From Hamiltosporidium tvaerminnensis FI-OER-3-3 (taxonomy: Eukaryota > Fungi > Microsporidia): a stretch of DNA of 64,000 bases. Positions 1 through 12,876 of the stretch are shown one piece after another. Every line of letters starts with the position of its first letter. The stretch's first letter is position 1. The stretch is from positions 372,001 through 436,000 of the forward strand of contig JAKIMF020000001.1 of the NCBI GenBank assembly GCA_022605425.2. The letters run 5' to 3'. Position numbers and translations under genes: made by a program. The notes below the pieces were generated by a model. That model searched no databases. It was not told where the DNA came from and was given only the letters and a program-made list of their open reading frames with translations.

Positions 1-133
1 CACTAACACTTTCTAGAAGGTAGCAGTATCTTCACTATACTTATCATTTGGGGCTGACTTCTCTTTGTTAATCTCTAAGCCAATCACCTCTAAAAATTAC
101 TTTGCCTCGTCTGTCATAGCACTCAAGGTAGAA
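1..133 (-). mobile_element. 5' edge of a truncated RLE non-LTR retrotransposon fragment, running off the window start
   Basis: Reverse complement of 16341-16473. It encodes a decayed ...LEVIGLEINKEKSATND..., matching the RT region of the 1250-aa ORF. Confidence 0.85.
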
Positions 134-135
134 GG

Positions 136-375
136 AAAAAATATAAACAACTCAAATTATAAGAATTTAAAAGTTTAGGAAACTTAAGAACAACGATTAG
201 TCTATGAAATAATTGATTAAAAAATGTAAACAACTCAAATAATATGAAAATAAAAGTTTAAGAAACTTAAGAATAACGATTAGTCTATGAAATAATTGAT
301 TAAAAAATATAAAAAATTCAAATTTTAAGAAAATAAAAGTTTAGGAAATTTAAGAATAATAATCAGTCTATGAAT
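136..375. repeat. Tandem repeat, ~83-bp unit x ~3
   Basis: Unit aaaaaatataaacaactcaaattataagaatttaaaagtttaggaaacttaagaacaacgattagtctatgaaataattgatt starts at ~136, ~219 and ~302. Inverted copies lie at ~16100-16338 and ~52305-52545. Confidence 0.85.
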
Positions 376-765
376 AGAATTAATTGGTTTTTAAAAAAAA
401 ATTATAGATATAAATAAGAGAAATGAATTAGAAATATTTTAATTATTTCTTAATTTGGGTTGTTTATATCTATAATAGATTTTTTCGTTTCATGAATTCT
501 AAATTCTAAATTTTAAATTTAGTGTTTTTTTATTGCTGTTTCTTAAAATTTGGAGATTATTATTTAATTGAATTTAGAATTTAGTCCAAGGTTTAATTAT
601 TTCATTTTTATTTCTTGTATTTATTTGATTTGAATAGGCAAAGGTTTTACTTTTATATTTTCTTTAAATATTCATTCGAATCTTTTTTTGTAATTCTATT
701 ATTTTTTTAAAAAATGTGTTATTTTAAATATTTATACGAAGCTAAAACCAAAGACTTTTGGATTT

Positions 766-912
766 TTTTTAAATTTAAAAGAGGTGGAAGAAAATATATA
801 AAAAGGTAAAAAATTTTTAACCTTGAATCTTATAAACGATTTTTAAAGTTAAATGAGGTGGAAGAAAATATATAAAAATGGTAAAAATATTTTAACTCAT
901 AATTTTATTAAA
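766..912 (+). repeat. Two tandem ~75-bp copies of the retrotransposon 3' terminus
   Basis: gaggtggaagaaaatatataaaaa(t)ggtaaaaa(t)attttaac occurs twice and matches the element 3' ends at 5180-5310 and 37050-37110. Inverted copies lie at ~15560-15706 and ~51765-51910. Confidence 0.8.
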
Positions 913-2390
913 TATAAAAAATTATACTTAGATATATACTATTAGATAAGTAAAACAATTTATTCTACTACACCTTCTTCTTTAAATGTATTTTAATTTA
1001 ATTTTAATTCCCTAAAAATTAAAATCTTATATTCCATCCTAATATAATTTTACATTAATTTAATTCATTCTAATAAATTTCTTATAAATTCAATCTTAAT
1101 TTTATTCGATGATTTAATTTTAATCTTATCTAATAAAATGATGCCTGTATGATCGTTTTGGCATTTTATTCGTATACCTTTGGTTCCTAATTTTTATTTA
1201 AAGTTCTAAATACTAACCAAGTAACTTAAAGATCAAAACAATAGAATTAAGTTTTTGTATTAAGAAGATTTTTCTAAATAAATATGATAACAGGTCTAAT
1301 CTTGAATTTTATTCCTAGTTTAAACTATATAAGAATAAATCTTAAACAAAAAAATTTCTTAATTTCATTTATATTAAATTAAAATAATAATTAAATGTAT
1401 AGAATGCTAGTATGAGATATATCTCCTATATAATATTATTCTTAACATCTAATTATGTTTTATTCCCGTATGATACCAAAAAATTCTGTTGCAAAGCTAG
1501 AATGGTTTACTAGTATTTCGCAATATATTTTGCTATTAATTTACTATGTTATCTTTGTTGCCTGATAGACATCGAACGATTGCATTTACATGTGTTTTTA
1601 ATCTATCAAAGATTTTGGCACGTATTGGAGTATAAATATAGCAGATTAAAACAAAATTTTCGGTTTATAAATTATACTATGATTGCTACTTAGTATAACA
1701 GATGTGTTATAGTGAGAAATCCGAAAAAAAATATTTTTTTGATAAAATATTTAAAATTTAATTCTAAAAGTCGGACTTATAATCTCATTCAGTAGCTAAA
1801 AATTTTAAAATATATAAATTCAAATAAAATGTAGGACTTAAATAATCTCATTTGCTTGCTGATAAGGGTAAAAAAATATCTACATACTAAAATAAAATGT
1901 AAAATTCTTTTTTAATTCTATTCTATCAGATATAAAGTACTATTAAGTTAAAATTTTTATTAAATTCCGTCTAATTCGAAAAGATATATAATTTTAGCTA
2001 TTTACAATCACTCTGCCTGAATACACTTTTTTATTTAAAAAAATAATAGTTAAAAGAATAAATGATTTTAAATAATTTGGCTTAAAATTATCTCTTTTCT
2101 TACAAAACGAAAGAACATCTTCAATTGATGATTTAAAATAGTCAAATGTTTAGTATTTTATTTAAAGAATACAATATAAGATATGATAATAAATAGGTAG
2201 ATGAATTTTATTAAAAATTAATTTAATATCTGATGTAATATCATTAAGGAAATTAAAATAAGATTAAAAGATATATTAAAAACCTTTTTTCATTTTGATA
2301 CACTTTGTTTAAGATAAAGAGAATCAATGCAGATTTACAAACAAACATTCGATTTGAAATCTATATAATAAAAAAAACAATAATAAACAA

Positions 2391-3596
2391 ATGATTGGCA
2401 AAATAAAGAACAGCGGAAATATTAAAAAAATTAATATTTCAGAAGTAACAAAAAATCAGGGACTTGAATCGAGTGAACTGATTGGAATCTTAAATAAAAT
2501 CAATGAATGCAAGCAAGATATTAATGATATGGGAAATATACATAAAAGTATATTTAGAATTATTAAAAATTCGAAATTGAAGGAGAAAGAAGAAGAGAGT
2601 ATAAAATCTAAAGAAGATTCAAAAAAAGCAAATTTATCCTTTCTTGAAAATGTAGCAGTAAAAATACATGAAATAAACATTTGGAATCATAAAGATAAGA
2701 GATTCCCGATGTTAAAATATCATATGGAATATAAATTTCCTATAATGATATACAAAAAAAATGAAATTTATTTTAAATCAAAGCTGGTAAATGAACCATC
2801 TCGAGATCAAAAAAAAGAAATTCCATGCAAGAAATTAGAAAAAAAAGAAACAAAAGCTAAAGATACTTTAAAATATGATTCACTTAGTGATATAGAAAAA
2901 ATAAAATTGGCTTGTTTCTGCTTTAAGAAGCTTCGTAAATATAGATCCAGTTTTAAAGATAATATTTTAGAAAGAATTTCAGATATATTCAGATCTTCGT
3001 TTAAGAAAGATTCTTATCATATAAAAAAAGCAAATACATTTGTTTATACCGTTGGTGACCATATTATGGATGTAGGAATCAAAAAAGAGGGATTGTTTAG
3101 AATTTCCGGTAAATATGCCTATTATAAATTTATGCCGGGTGTTTTAGCTGCAGGAAAGAGATATGATTATACTGAGTTATCTGTTCATGACAACGCTTCA
3201 ATTTTCAAAGCATATATTCGGGTGATAATGAATGGGATAATTTCAGTTCAGATTGCAGAAAGGGTGATGAAAATAATAAAAAACCAGACGGATCCTTCAA
3301 TAATAGAATATATTGTGCCTTTAATAATATTTTCGATTACAAATGAAAATAGAAAGATGCTTATCTATTTGCAGAAAATCTTTCGAAAAGTTGATCAGTA
3401 TTCAAAATATAATAAAATGGGGTCAGATAATCTATACAAAATTTTTACTCCCACTATTTTTCCAAATATTGAATGTTATGATTTGCAATCCATAAATTTG
3501 CAAATTGAGATTGTAAAAAGAATTTTTGAGTCAAATTTATCAGAAATCCCTTGTTTTTTGTATGAAGAAGCACTTTCGGCAGCTAATAATCAATAA
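2391..3596 (+). CDS. RhoGAP-domain protein, copy 1 (open, 401 aa)
   Basis: The C-terminal half has RhoGAP motifs: EGLFRISG (arginine finger), HDNASIFKAYIR and NKMGSDNLYKIFTPTIF. The stop codon lies inside AATAAA. Confidence 0.85.
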   Translation: MIGKIKNSGNIKKINISEVTKNQGLESSELIGILNKINECKQDINDMGNIHKSIFRIIKNSKLKEKEEESIKSKEDSKKANLSFLENVAVKIHEINIWNHKDKRFPMLKYHMEYKFPIMIYKKNEIYFKSKLVNEPSRDQKKEIPCKKLEKKETKAKDTLKYDSLSDIEKIKLACFCFKKLRKYRSSFKDNILERISDIFRSSFKKDSYHIKKANTFVYTVGDHIMDVGIKKEGLFRISGKYAYYKFMPGVLAAGKRYDYTELSVHDNASIFKAYIRVIMNGIISVQIAERVMKIIKNQTDPSIIEYIVPLIIFSITNENRKMLIYLQKIFRKVDQYSKYNKMGSDNLYKIFTPTIFPNIECYDLQSINLQIEIVKRIFESNLSEIPCFLYEEALSAANNQ

Positions 3597-3675
3597 ATCC
3601 TTTTTATTTTCGATTTTTATTGTATTAATTTTATTTTTAAAATATATTTGAATATATTTTTAAAATTATTTAAAA

Positions 3676-5320
3676 AAGAAGATAACATAGGAATTCCAAC
3701 ACGTAGCTTATTTGAAGAAGTACGGTGCAAACTTTTATCAAGAATTGAAAGACTTTGTCATACCTGATTAAATGCGAATAATTTATTTTCTGCAATCAAT
3801 CAATCAACATGCGATATCGTTAATCAACTATCACATAGGAGTACTTCGACTTGAACCGGCTGACTTCTCTAAGATAGATGATGCAGTTCGTTCGGTGTTG
3901 GTAAACAATAAGATACATCGTCTTGTAAAGAGCGTTTGTATCTTACTAGAACAGAACTTGGAAGAGGCCTACATAGTGTTGAGTTGCGAAGCGAACATAT
4001 GCTTCTGCAACTCTCGGATTGTCTGGAAAAAAGTAAAGAAATATCAATCAGACGAGCAGCAATCTCAAGGGTGGAAAATAATAATAAAACCCATCTTGCA
4101 CTAATAAAAGGCTTCTTAAAAGTAAATCACAGGTTGGTAGAAGAAGTCACTAAGAAAAGTTTAGAAGAAGCTTAACTTGCAAAACTATACAACGAAATAG
4201 AAAAACGAAAACTTCATTCAAAGTTATATAATGCAAGGAAAAATGAGCTTGTAAGTGTTAGTGACTCTGCAAGATGGTTAAAGAGAGGGAATATTAGGCC
4301 ACGAAACGAAGCTGTGTTTTGCTATATCCAGGATAGAAATTTATTATGGGGATCAGATGGTATGTGCCAACACTGTGGGAAGTCTGGTAAGACTGTAGAT
4401 CATCTAGCAACTCGATGTGAAAAAGTGCTAGGTCATGACTACACCAGACGGCATAATGAAGTGGTTAGATGCCTACACCTACTTCTTCTAAATAGATATA
4501 AGTTTAAGTCTTCGAAACGAATTAGAAGCCACTCAGTTCAAGAAATTCCTGATAACGAATATGCAGAGATAAGAGTGGACACCAGAATAAAAAAGGAAGT
4601 CAAGATTCGGTGTATCAGACCAGATATATTTATTTTAGACAAGAGACAGAATAGGATAACCCTCATTGAAGTAGGAATCACATCCCAAGACTCTCTTCAA
4701 ATAGTTGAAACAGAGAAGCTTAGGAAGTATGACCTGTTAGCAAATGAGTTAGGTCTTATTTATAAATGCAGTGTAGAGATAATTCCTTATGTGATGACCT
4801 GGGATGGTATTGTGACAAAATACCATAAGACGTATGTTAAGAGACTGCAAATACCCATGAATGTAGAAGCATACATTCAGTCTATAGTACTTAAGAAGAC
4901 TGTTGAAACAATTTCCTTTGATCGACGAAGAGGACTTGGTCAAGACTAAATGCCGAAGAGAGCTGGGAGGAGCGTCAATGGGTGTTATTATGAGAGCAAA
5001 GATGCATGAGGAATTAAAACCTTATTTAAAAGAAGAGAAGAGAGAGGAAGATGGTGCAAAAAAATTTAAACCAAAAAATAAAGCACCCTTTATTCCACAA
5101 GGAAGAACCACTTTAGAGGAACCGACCAATAACATAAATAAAGAGTCGGATATCGAAGAAGAGACAAAATGGTTGAAGAGGTGGAAGAAAACATATAAAA
5201 ATCGTAAAAATATTTTAACTCACAATATTATAAACGATTTTTAAAGTTAAAAGAGGTGGAAGAAAATATATAAAAATGGTAAAAATATTCTAACTCATAA
5301 TTTTATATACGATTTTTAAA
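3676..5320 (+). mobile_element. 5'-truncated, decayed RLE non-LTR retrotransposon fragment (R1) with a duplicated 3' tail
   Basis: Fragmented ORFs are homologous to the C-terminal ~40% of the 20793-24545 protein (CQHC..HLATRC, RHNEV, RPDIFI..LIEVG). Frameshifts and a premature stop (EEA*) are present. Confidence 0.92.
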
Positions 5321-5324
5321 CTTA

Positions 5325-6240
5325 AATTTTTTTTTTATTTTTTGAATAACCTTCCATCATTTTAAATATTTAATTTTCTTCTTCTAAATTTTATTCTTGT
5401 TTTTTGTTTATAAAAAGAGGTAAGATAAGCACATTAAAAACCATCTGCTTGGTAATGATTATTTGAAGTTGTTGTGAAATTTATTGTTGCCATTTTGGTA
5501 GGATATAAACTACACCGGATCTATAGTTCAATTCTCTATAATACCGAGTAATAACAGATTAAAAGGAATAATTAGGTAAGTTTATTTTGTTCGAATCTCT
5601 GATATTGGCATCTTAATTCAAAATAAGGATTGGATTTTTTTTTGTTTTTACTTGTTTAAAGTCACAATACTCAATGGAGTAGACTTTAAAAGGGTATTGT
5701 TTCCTTGGGATCTCTCTTCCTTGTAAAATACTTAGGGTACTTTCTTTCAAATCTCTTTGCCATTTGGTCCTGACTCGAATTCTCTTGATTATTGAAAAGA
5801 AATTGTTTCGACTGCCTTTTTGTGTATTGTTGATTACATGCGTGTTTCTAATTCTATGAGTATTTAGAATCTTCAGGATATATCTTATGATATTTTGTCA
5901 CTGTATAATCCGAAACTAAGAAATAACAAATTTTTTTCTAATAATTTTATAAACAGAATAAAACACACAGAAGTAATTTGTATGTCTTAAGTTTGTTGGT
6001 CTACATTCTTTGAAGCGAATCTTGTTCGTGTTTACACCCTAGATAAGTGTAATCATATTTAATTTCTTTTACATCATGAATATATCTTGTCTATTTTGAT
6101 AATATTGTAATAAGCTTTATATCTCAGTTCTAGTTTTATTTCCGATAATTATTTTCAGAAATTTCTTGAACTGTGTGATATTTAATTTTTTTTTGATTTA
6201 TATGTTTAGATATTTGTTAAGTATAAATATTGGCATCCAA
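5325..6240 (-). mobile_element. Old, highly diverged relic of the same retrotransposon family, tail-to-tail with R1
   Basis: The minus strand retains gtgacaaaatatcataag, cagtcgaaacaatttc, gagtcaggaccaaatg and cacacagttcaagaaattt, all matching the RLE and C-terminal region. Repeated at ~41528-42430 and ~59270-60176. Confidence 0.7.
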
Positions 6241-9200
6241 AACTTCATTATCGGTTTTATTAATTGTATTATATTATAAATTTATAAGAAATAAGAAGGA
6301 AAATTTTTTATTCTACGTTGAAATTCGGTTGTTGTTTGTTCGAAAAGAAGCAATTTTTAAAATTTTTAGACTTAATTTCTCCATTATTCCATTCTGTTTT
6401 TACCTCTTAGTGTCGAATATGAACAAATGAAAGTTTTCCATTTGTTTTTTTTGTCTAATGTAACTCGGGATTACAGGGAATTGGCCTATAGATCAGGCGT
6501 GTTTTATATCCCACCTCAATGGAAGCAATGATTTTCACACAAATTTTATACACACATTTCCAAGCAGATAGTTTTTAATGAGATTATTCTTTCTCCACTT
6601 ATACATCTTTTTTTTAAAGAAAAAATATTTTTTATATACAAAATTCATAAGTTTTTTTTATTTTCTACATAACTTTGCGTTTAACTTCATTATTTTTCTT
6701 ATTTATTTGGTTTTGTACGAAGGATTGAGGCGATGATGTACTATTGAAAGTTATAAATATAATTATCAGAATGAAATAATGCACATCTTGGTTATCATTT
6801 CAGTAAAAATGTAAATTTTAACTAAATTAAAAACTTAAAGTTAATAAAAGAACAAATTTCTTAAAAATAAAGAAAAAAAAATTTCAGAGGCTGTTACCGA
6901 TTTAAAATTTTGAAAGAAACATGCACTTTTTGATGCACTTCCCACGCAATCAAAAAGGAATGAAGGCATGTATGAACACCTTTAAACTCGCATTATCGAA
7001 TTTAAAAGAAAAAGAAAAAATACATTTTAAATTTTTTCACTTGCAAAAAATATGAATTATTAAGTCGTTTTGTGAATAATTCACATATTTTAAGATATTC
7101 CTAAACTATAGTACAATTGGATTGATTTGATCAAAGAAATATGGAAATGAAAATGACAGATATGAATAGTTTCTAAATTTTTCAATTTGTTTTAAAGTTT
7201 CTTTTTTTATTTGTATTGAAAATTGAAACAGTGAAAACATTATATCCACTCTAAAGCAATTATTCAACCATAAAAATGCTCCTAGATTTTAAAAAGCGAT
7301 AAATATCACGAATTTTATTTTCTTATATTACAGAATTTCTATGTTTGCATTATATCAAGTTTGTAAATAAAAGTCTGAAACATCCTGGAAATCCTGGACA
7401 GGTTGCCTTAATTAGTAAATAGTCGTAAGAACAATCGCAAAAGAATTATCTTGTCGAAAAGAAACAGATGAGAAATTTCTAATAATGTATATTTTAATAT
7501 AAACATTATGAAGACGACTAGTAATTATGTTACCTATGCAGGCATTGATTTTTCGCGGTATATGGATATTTCATTGTAGTCAATTTCAATAATATTAATG
7601 AAGAAGTATTTAAAATACTAGAAAAGGAATCAGTTATATAATTAATTCAAAATTAATACAGAATATACATTATTCAAGAGATAATAGTATAGAGCCGTAT
7701 ATCACTCTTTTTGGTCTACAAGAATTTATATGAAGAACCAAAAGGCTTAGGTTTTGAGAATATTGAAAATGCGGAGCTTCGTAAAATTGTCTATAATTTA
7801 ATCCAGAAAAAGATGTATATATTCTACAATTCTTCAATGTAAACTATAGGCACAAAGAAACAAAATAAATTGCTTTATATAGAAGAAGCTGGATTATTTA
7901 AAAGAGAATTAATTCGACACTTTTAAATTCTTTATCGAAGAGCTCTAGGAATACAAAATTTATATCTGAAGACAGAACAAAGAATCTATTTAATCAAATA
8001 ATATTATTCCCGTTGTTTTTAAATTGCGTTTATTTTTTTGTATTTTTTATCATAAATTTTATTGTCTTAATGTAATTTTTGTAAATGATATACAAAATAT
8101 TCCTTATATGATAAATTCAAAATAAAAGTACGGTAACAGATATATCCGCCCAAGAGTAATATTATTTATTTAATAATAAATAAAAGACAGGTATTTTGGT
8201 TTATCTTATAATATAAAAAAAAATGAATTTATCTGATCTATTTTTTAATTTCAAAAAAATGGGTTGAACTGTTAATTTTAACTCCGTATAATTATTTCCA
8301 AATCCTTGAAAGAATTTTTTAAATAGCTTTTATTAAAGCTATATTTATATTTTGTTTAAAACAACTCAAACACACACATATTCATTGCAATTTTAAGTTA
8401 CTATAATTAAGAAAATCTTTCAAATATGTTGTTTTAAATAAAGAATGATTTGGTATAAAAAAAACCATAGCTCTTAACTAAGTCAATATACAAATAAAAT
8501 CGAATTTTCAAATTATTACATATAAATTGAATATTTTCACACAACTTACTTCTGGAAAACCTACGAATAATGATTTTAGTACTATGACAAATGTAAATAA
8601 TTTATTTGATAATAATTGACGGTCTTCAGTACTAACAAAATACTAGGAAAAAAATGCGTAGTTTTAGTTCCAAATGCTTTTACATGCATCTTGGGTCTAT
8701 AACTAGCCATTTCCTTTTTACAATATTATAAAAGAAAAATATTGTAAAAAAACTGATGGTATTGTGGTTTAAAAATTTATTTTACCTTTTTGGTAAAATA
8801 AATATTAAATTAGATTTGTAGAAATCAAAAATATAAAAATTAAATTATATTTTATTAATAAGTTTTTTATGATGATTACCGATTCCATTCCGATTTATTT
8901 ATTCCTAGAATTATTACGTTCCAACATTTTCTTCGTTATTACATTCGACGCTTTATTTTCGAATTTTGCACACAAAAAAATTCAAATGGTTTTTGAATCT
9001 TTTTTTACTTAACGAAACATATATATCTTCTCAGGTACGTCAGTATAATGAGATATGGCTTTGATCTATGTCTCCTCTCGATTACAAAGAATAAGTACGA
9101 ACTTTTGTAATCTATCTGAATTCTATCTTTATACTCCTTTTATTCTTCTATCAAAGCAAAAATTGACTATCTCTTAAACTAATATTGGCTGTTCACAGTG

Positions 9201-11227
9201 TCCTATTTTTGATTCGGATGCAAAACTTAATATTGTATACATATTATGATGTCTAGAAACAAATAATGAACAAATACTCTGTAATGATGTCAAACTCTGT
9301 GCTAATATACAAGAAATACTTTACTTATAACAAAAATAAAGTTAAATTTATTCTTTCGCATGTCCATTTTGAAGCAAAAAAAATAGTTCTGAAATAAATC
9401 TTTCTCTATAATTTCTATTCAATACAGAACCATAAGTAAATTTTTTCTTGATATTTGATATCTTTTATCTAAATTTATTTTTAGTTTCGCTTTTTTTGGC
9501 GAACTTTTGAACTGAATAGCTCATATGACGTTTAAATTCTTTGATCATTTGTATTTATAAGCATTAGATGCGCAGAAAAACAAATTTTATTTCTTAATTT
9601 GGATCTTCTTTACGTAGTTAAGATCGCGACGCAAAATTTCTGCCGTTTTTAAGTTTTTTCGTTCTCAAAAAGGCATTCTATTTAAATAATAACAAAATTC
9701 TAGTATATTTAACATCAAGGTTTCTTAATCAGCTTTTTGTAAGTGTTATTAACACCTATTATCATTTACTTCTAGGATATAAAGCTTGATTTATTTTCGA
9801 TTTTCTATCCAGCTAGATATTTTTTTATGAATTTTTTAATCTTCATCTCTTTATCTCTCTTTCTATTTTTAATTTTACACAGAAATAGTTTATTATTATT
9901 GCAAGATTGCTCCAAATCGTTTCATTTCTTAGAATTTATTTATTTTTTTTACAGAGAACCACGGAATTGCAAAATCACATATATATTCAAATTAAACATT
10001 CTGAAAGATTTCTTAAGGTTTTATTTTGACAGAAACGATTTATCGGAACCTCGAGTTCTATTTGTATAGTGTTCATAACTAGAACACAAAATAATTTATC
10101 ATCTTTGTAGATCAATTAACCGTTTGGGTTCAAAGTACTCTAAAAGAAAAATGAATAATATTTACCTAAAATTTGATTGGTAAAATAAATTTGATACATT
10201 CAACTATGTATCATTAAACGTTTAAATCTTTACTTTAAGTGTCCTTTTAATAGCTTTAGATTAATTTTTCTTGGTTTTACTTTGAGACATTCAATTTATT
10301 CAAAATGTTTGTAACCACCAACAAACTCTAATATTGTTTCGATACCTCGATAATCATTTCTTTTCTGTTTTATTTAGCTTTGGGATGAATAAAATATGTT
10401 GATGATAATTATTTATTTCAGTTTCCGTGAGACCGAAAAATATTCATCATTTTAAGAGGCACTTTTAATGCTATAAAAATTTGTAATTTTCTTTTTAAAG
10501 TTCTAAGTTTATTTTAGTTTTTCTTTATTGATTAATTTTTCTCAGGAATGAAAACAGTATACAAATATAGTATTGGTTTGCCATGTGATATAGGTATTTA
10601 CTAATGTCTCTTGTGACAAATAGATTGTTTTTTTGGCGTAAATATTTGTAATTTAAAGGTAACAGTGTAAAAATCGGTATTCAAACCCGAAATCTTTCCA
10701 ATTAATTTGTGTTATGCCGGCTACTAGAAGATTAGTATGCTTTTAGAGGAAACAAAATTTTTAATTTTCAAAAATATAATAATATTTTGAAATAGCCTTA
10801 ATATAAATTTATAATTAGCAGACAGCACACACTATTTTTCAAATTAGAAATACCTTATTAATCATTAAACCTAGATATTCTGACAAAACAAAAACTTTTA
10901 TGATGTTTAAGAACTCATTTTGTCTGGTAACATCCAAATTTTGCTTAAATCGACAAATAAATTATTTAAAATCGTCTTCAAACCAAAAAAATAGTTTTCT
11001 TTGTGAAAATATACCCTTTTGAGATTTTTTAATTCGTTCTTTGTCTCTAATATACTCAAAATAGCGTATATTAGATTTAACTCCAACACATCACGTATTA
11101 TACAAAATTCTGATATATTAATTTCTTTAACTTATATTTTGGAGGTTTTCTATTGTGATTATTCAATATATCATACATTAATATCAAAATATTCTTTTTT
11201 ATATTTTTAGAAAGATATCATATGAGT
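5325..11227 (+). repeat. Spacer cassette S, copy 1 (~5.9 kb, no intact gene)
   Basis: Near-identical to 41528-47432 (direct) and 54276-60176 (inverted). Confidence 0.92.
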
Positions 11228-12798
11228 TTTATTTAATAAAATTCTGGGTTAAAATATTTTTACCATTTGTCACATGTTTTCTTCTACCTCCTTAACCACT
11301 TCTGTCTCTTCTTCCAAATTCGACTCTTCATTTATGTTATTGGTCGGTTCCTCTAAAGTGGTTCCTCCTTGTGAAATAAAGGGTGCTTTATTTTTTAGTT
11401 TAAAATTTTTTAAACCATCTTCCTCTCTCTTCTCTTCTTTTAAATAAGGTTTTAATTCCTCATGCATCTCTGATCTCATAATAACACCCATTGACGCTCT
11501 CTCCCAGCTCTCTTCGGCATTTAGTCTTGACTCAAGTCCTCTTCGTCGATCAAAGGAAATTGTTTCGACTGTTTTCTTAAGTACTATAGACTGAATGTAT
11601 GCCTCACAATTCATGTGTATTTCTAGTCTTTTAAGATGATATTTATGGTATTTTGTCACAATACCGTCCCAGGTCATCACATAAGGGATTATCTCTTAAC
11701 TACATTTGTAAATAAGACCAAGCTCATTGGCTAGAAAGTCATACTTCCTAAGTTTTTCAGTTTCAACTATTTTAAGTCAATCTTGGGAAGTGATTCCTAC
11801 TTCAATGAGTGTTATCTTATTCTTCTTCTTATCTAAAATAAATATGTCGGGTCTGTTATTCCGAATTTTAACATCAGTTTTAATTCTGGTGTCCACTCTT
11901 ATCTCTGCATACTCATTATCAAGAATTTCTTGAACTGAGTGGCTCCTTATTCGTTTTGAAGACTTAAACTTATATCTATTTAGAAGAAGTAGGTGTAGGC
12001 ATCTAACCAATTCATTATGCCGTTCTGTGTAGTCATGACCTAGCATTTTTTCACATCGAGTTGCTAGATGATCTACCGTCTTACCAAATTTATTACAGTG
12101 TTGGCACATACCATCTGATCCCCATAATAAATTTCTATCCTGGATATAGCAAAACACAGCTTCGTTTCGTGGCCTATTATTTCCTCTTTTTAACCATCTT
12201 GAAGAGTCACTAAGACTTACAAGCTCATTTTTCCTTGCATTATATAACTTTGAATGAAGTTTTCGTTTTACTATTTCGTTATATAGTTTTGCAAGTTAAG
12301 CTTCTTCTAAACTTTTCTTAGTGACTTCTTCTACCAACCTGTACTTTACTTTTAAAAAGCCTTTTATTAGTGCAAGATGGGTTTTATTATTATTTTCCAC
12401 CCTTGAGATTGCTGCTCGTCTGATTGATATTTCTTAACTTTTTTCAAGAACATCCAAGAGTTGCAGAAGCATATGTTCGCTTTGCAACCCAAAACTATTT
12501 AGGTCTCTTCCAAGTTCTGTTCGTGTAAGATACAAACGCTCTTTACATCCTGGGCGAAGATGTATCTTATTCTTCACCAACACCGAACGAACTGCATCAT
12601 CTATCTTAGAGAAGTCAGCCGGTTCAAGTCGAAGTACTCCTATGTGATAGTTGATTAACGATATCGCATGTTGATTGATTGCAGAAAATAAATTTTTAAA
12701 GTTTAATCAGGTATGACAAAGTCTTTCAACTCTTGATAAGAGTTTGCTCTGTACCTCTTCAAATGAGCTACGTGTTGGGATTCCTTTGCTATCTTCAA
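11228..12798 (-). mobile_element. 5'-truncated, decayed RLE retrotransposon fragment (R2)
   Basis: Contains ORF pieces 11270-11680 and 11777-12157. The 3' end reads ttaacccagaattttattaaataaa. Confidence 0.92.
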
Positions 12799-12876
12799 TT
12801 TTGAATAATTCTAAAAATATATTCAAATATAGTTAAAAAATAAAATTAATACAATAAAAATCGAAAATAAAAGGAT

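Noticed and set aside
136-375. CRISPR-like array
   Set aside because: The units are contiguous tandem copies with no unique spacers, there are no cas genes, and the context is eukaryotic.
9080-9112. Hairpin gattacaaag…ttttgtaatc
   Set aside because: A short AT-rich stem expected by chance, with no supporting context.
6230-11210. Small ORFs in cassette S and X (60-87 aa)
   Set aside because: No recognisable motifs, and their frames are often not preserved between near-identical copies.
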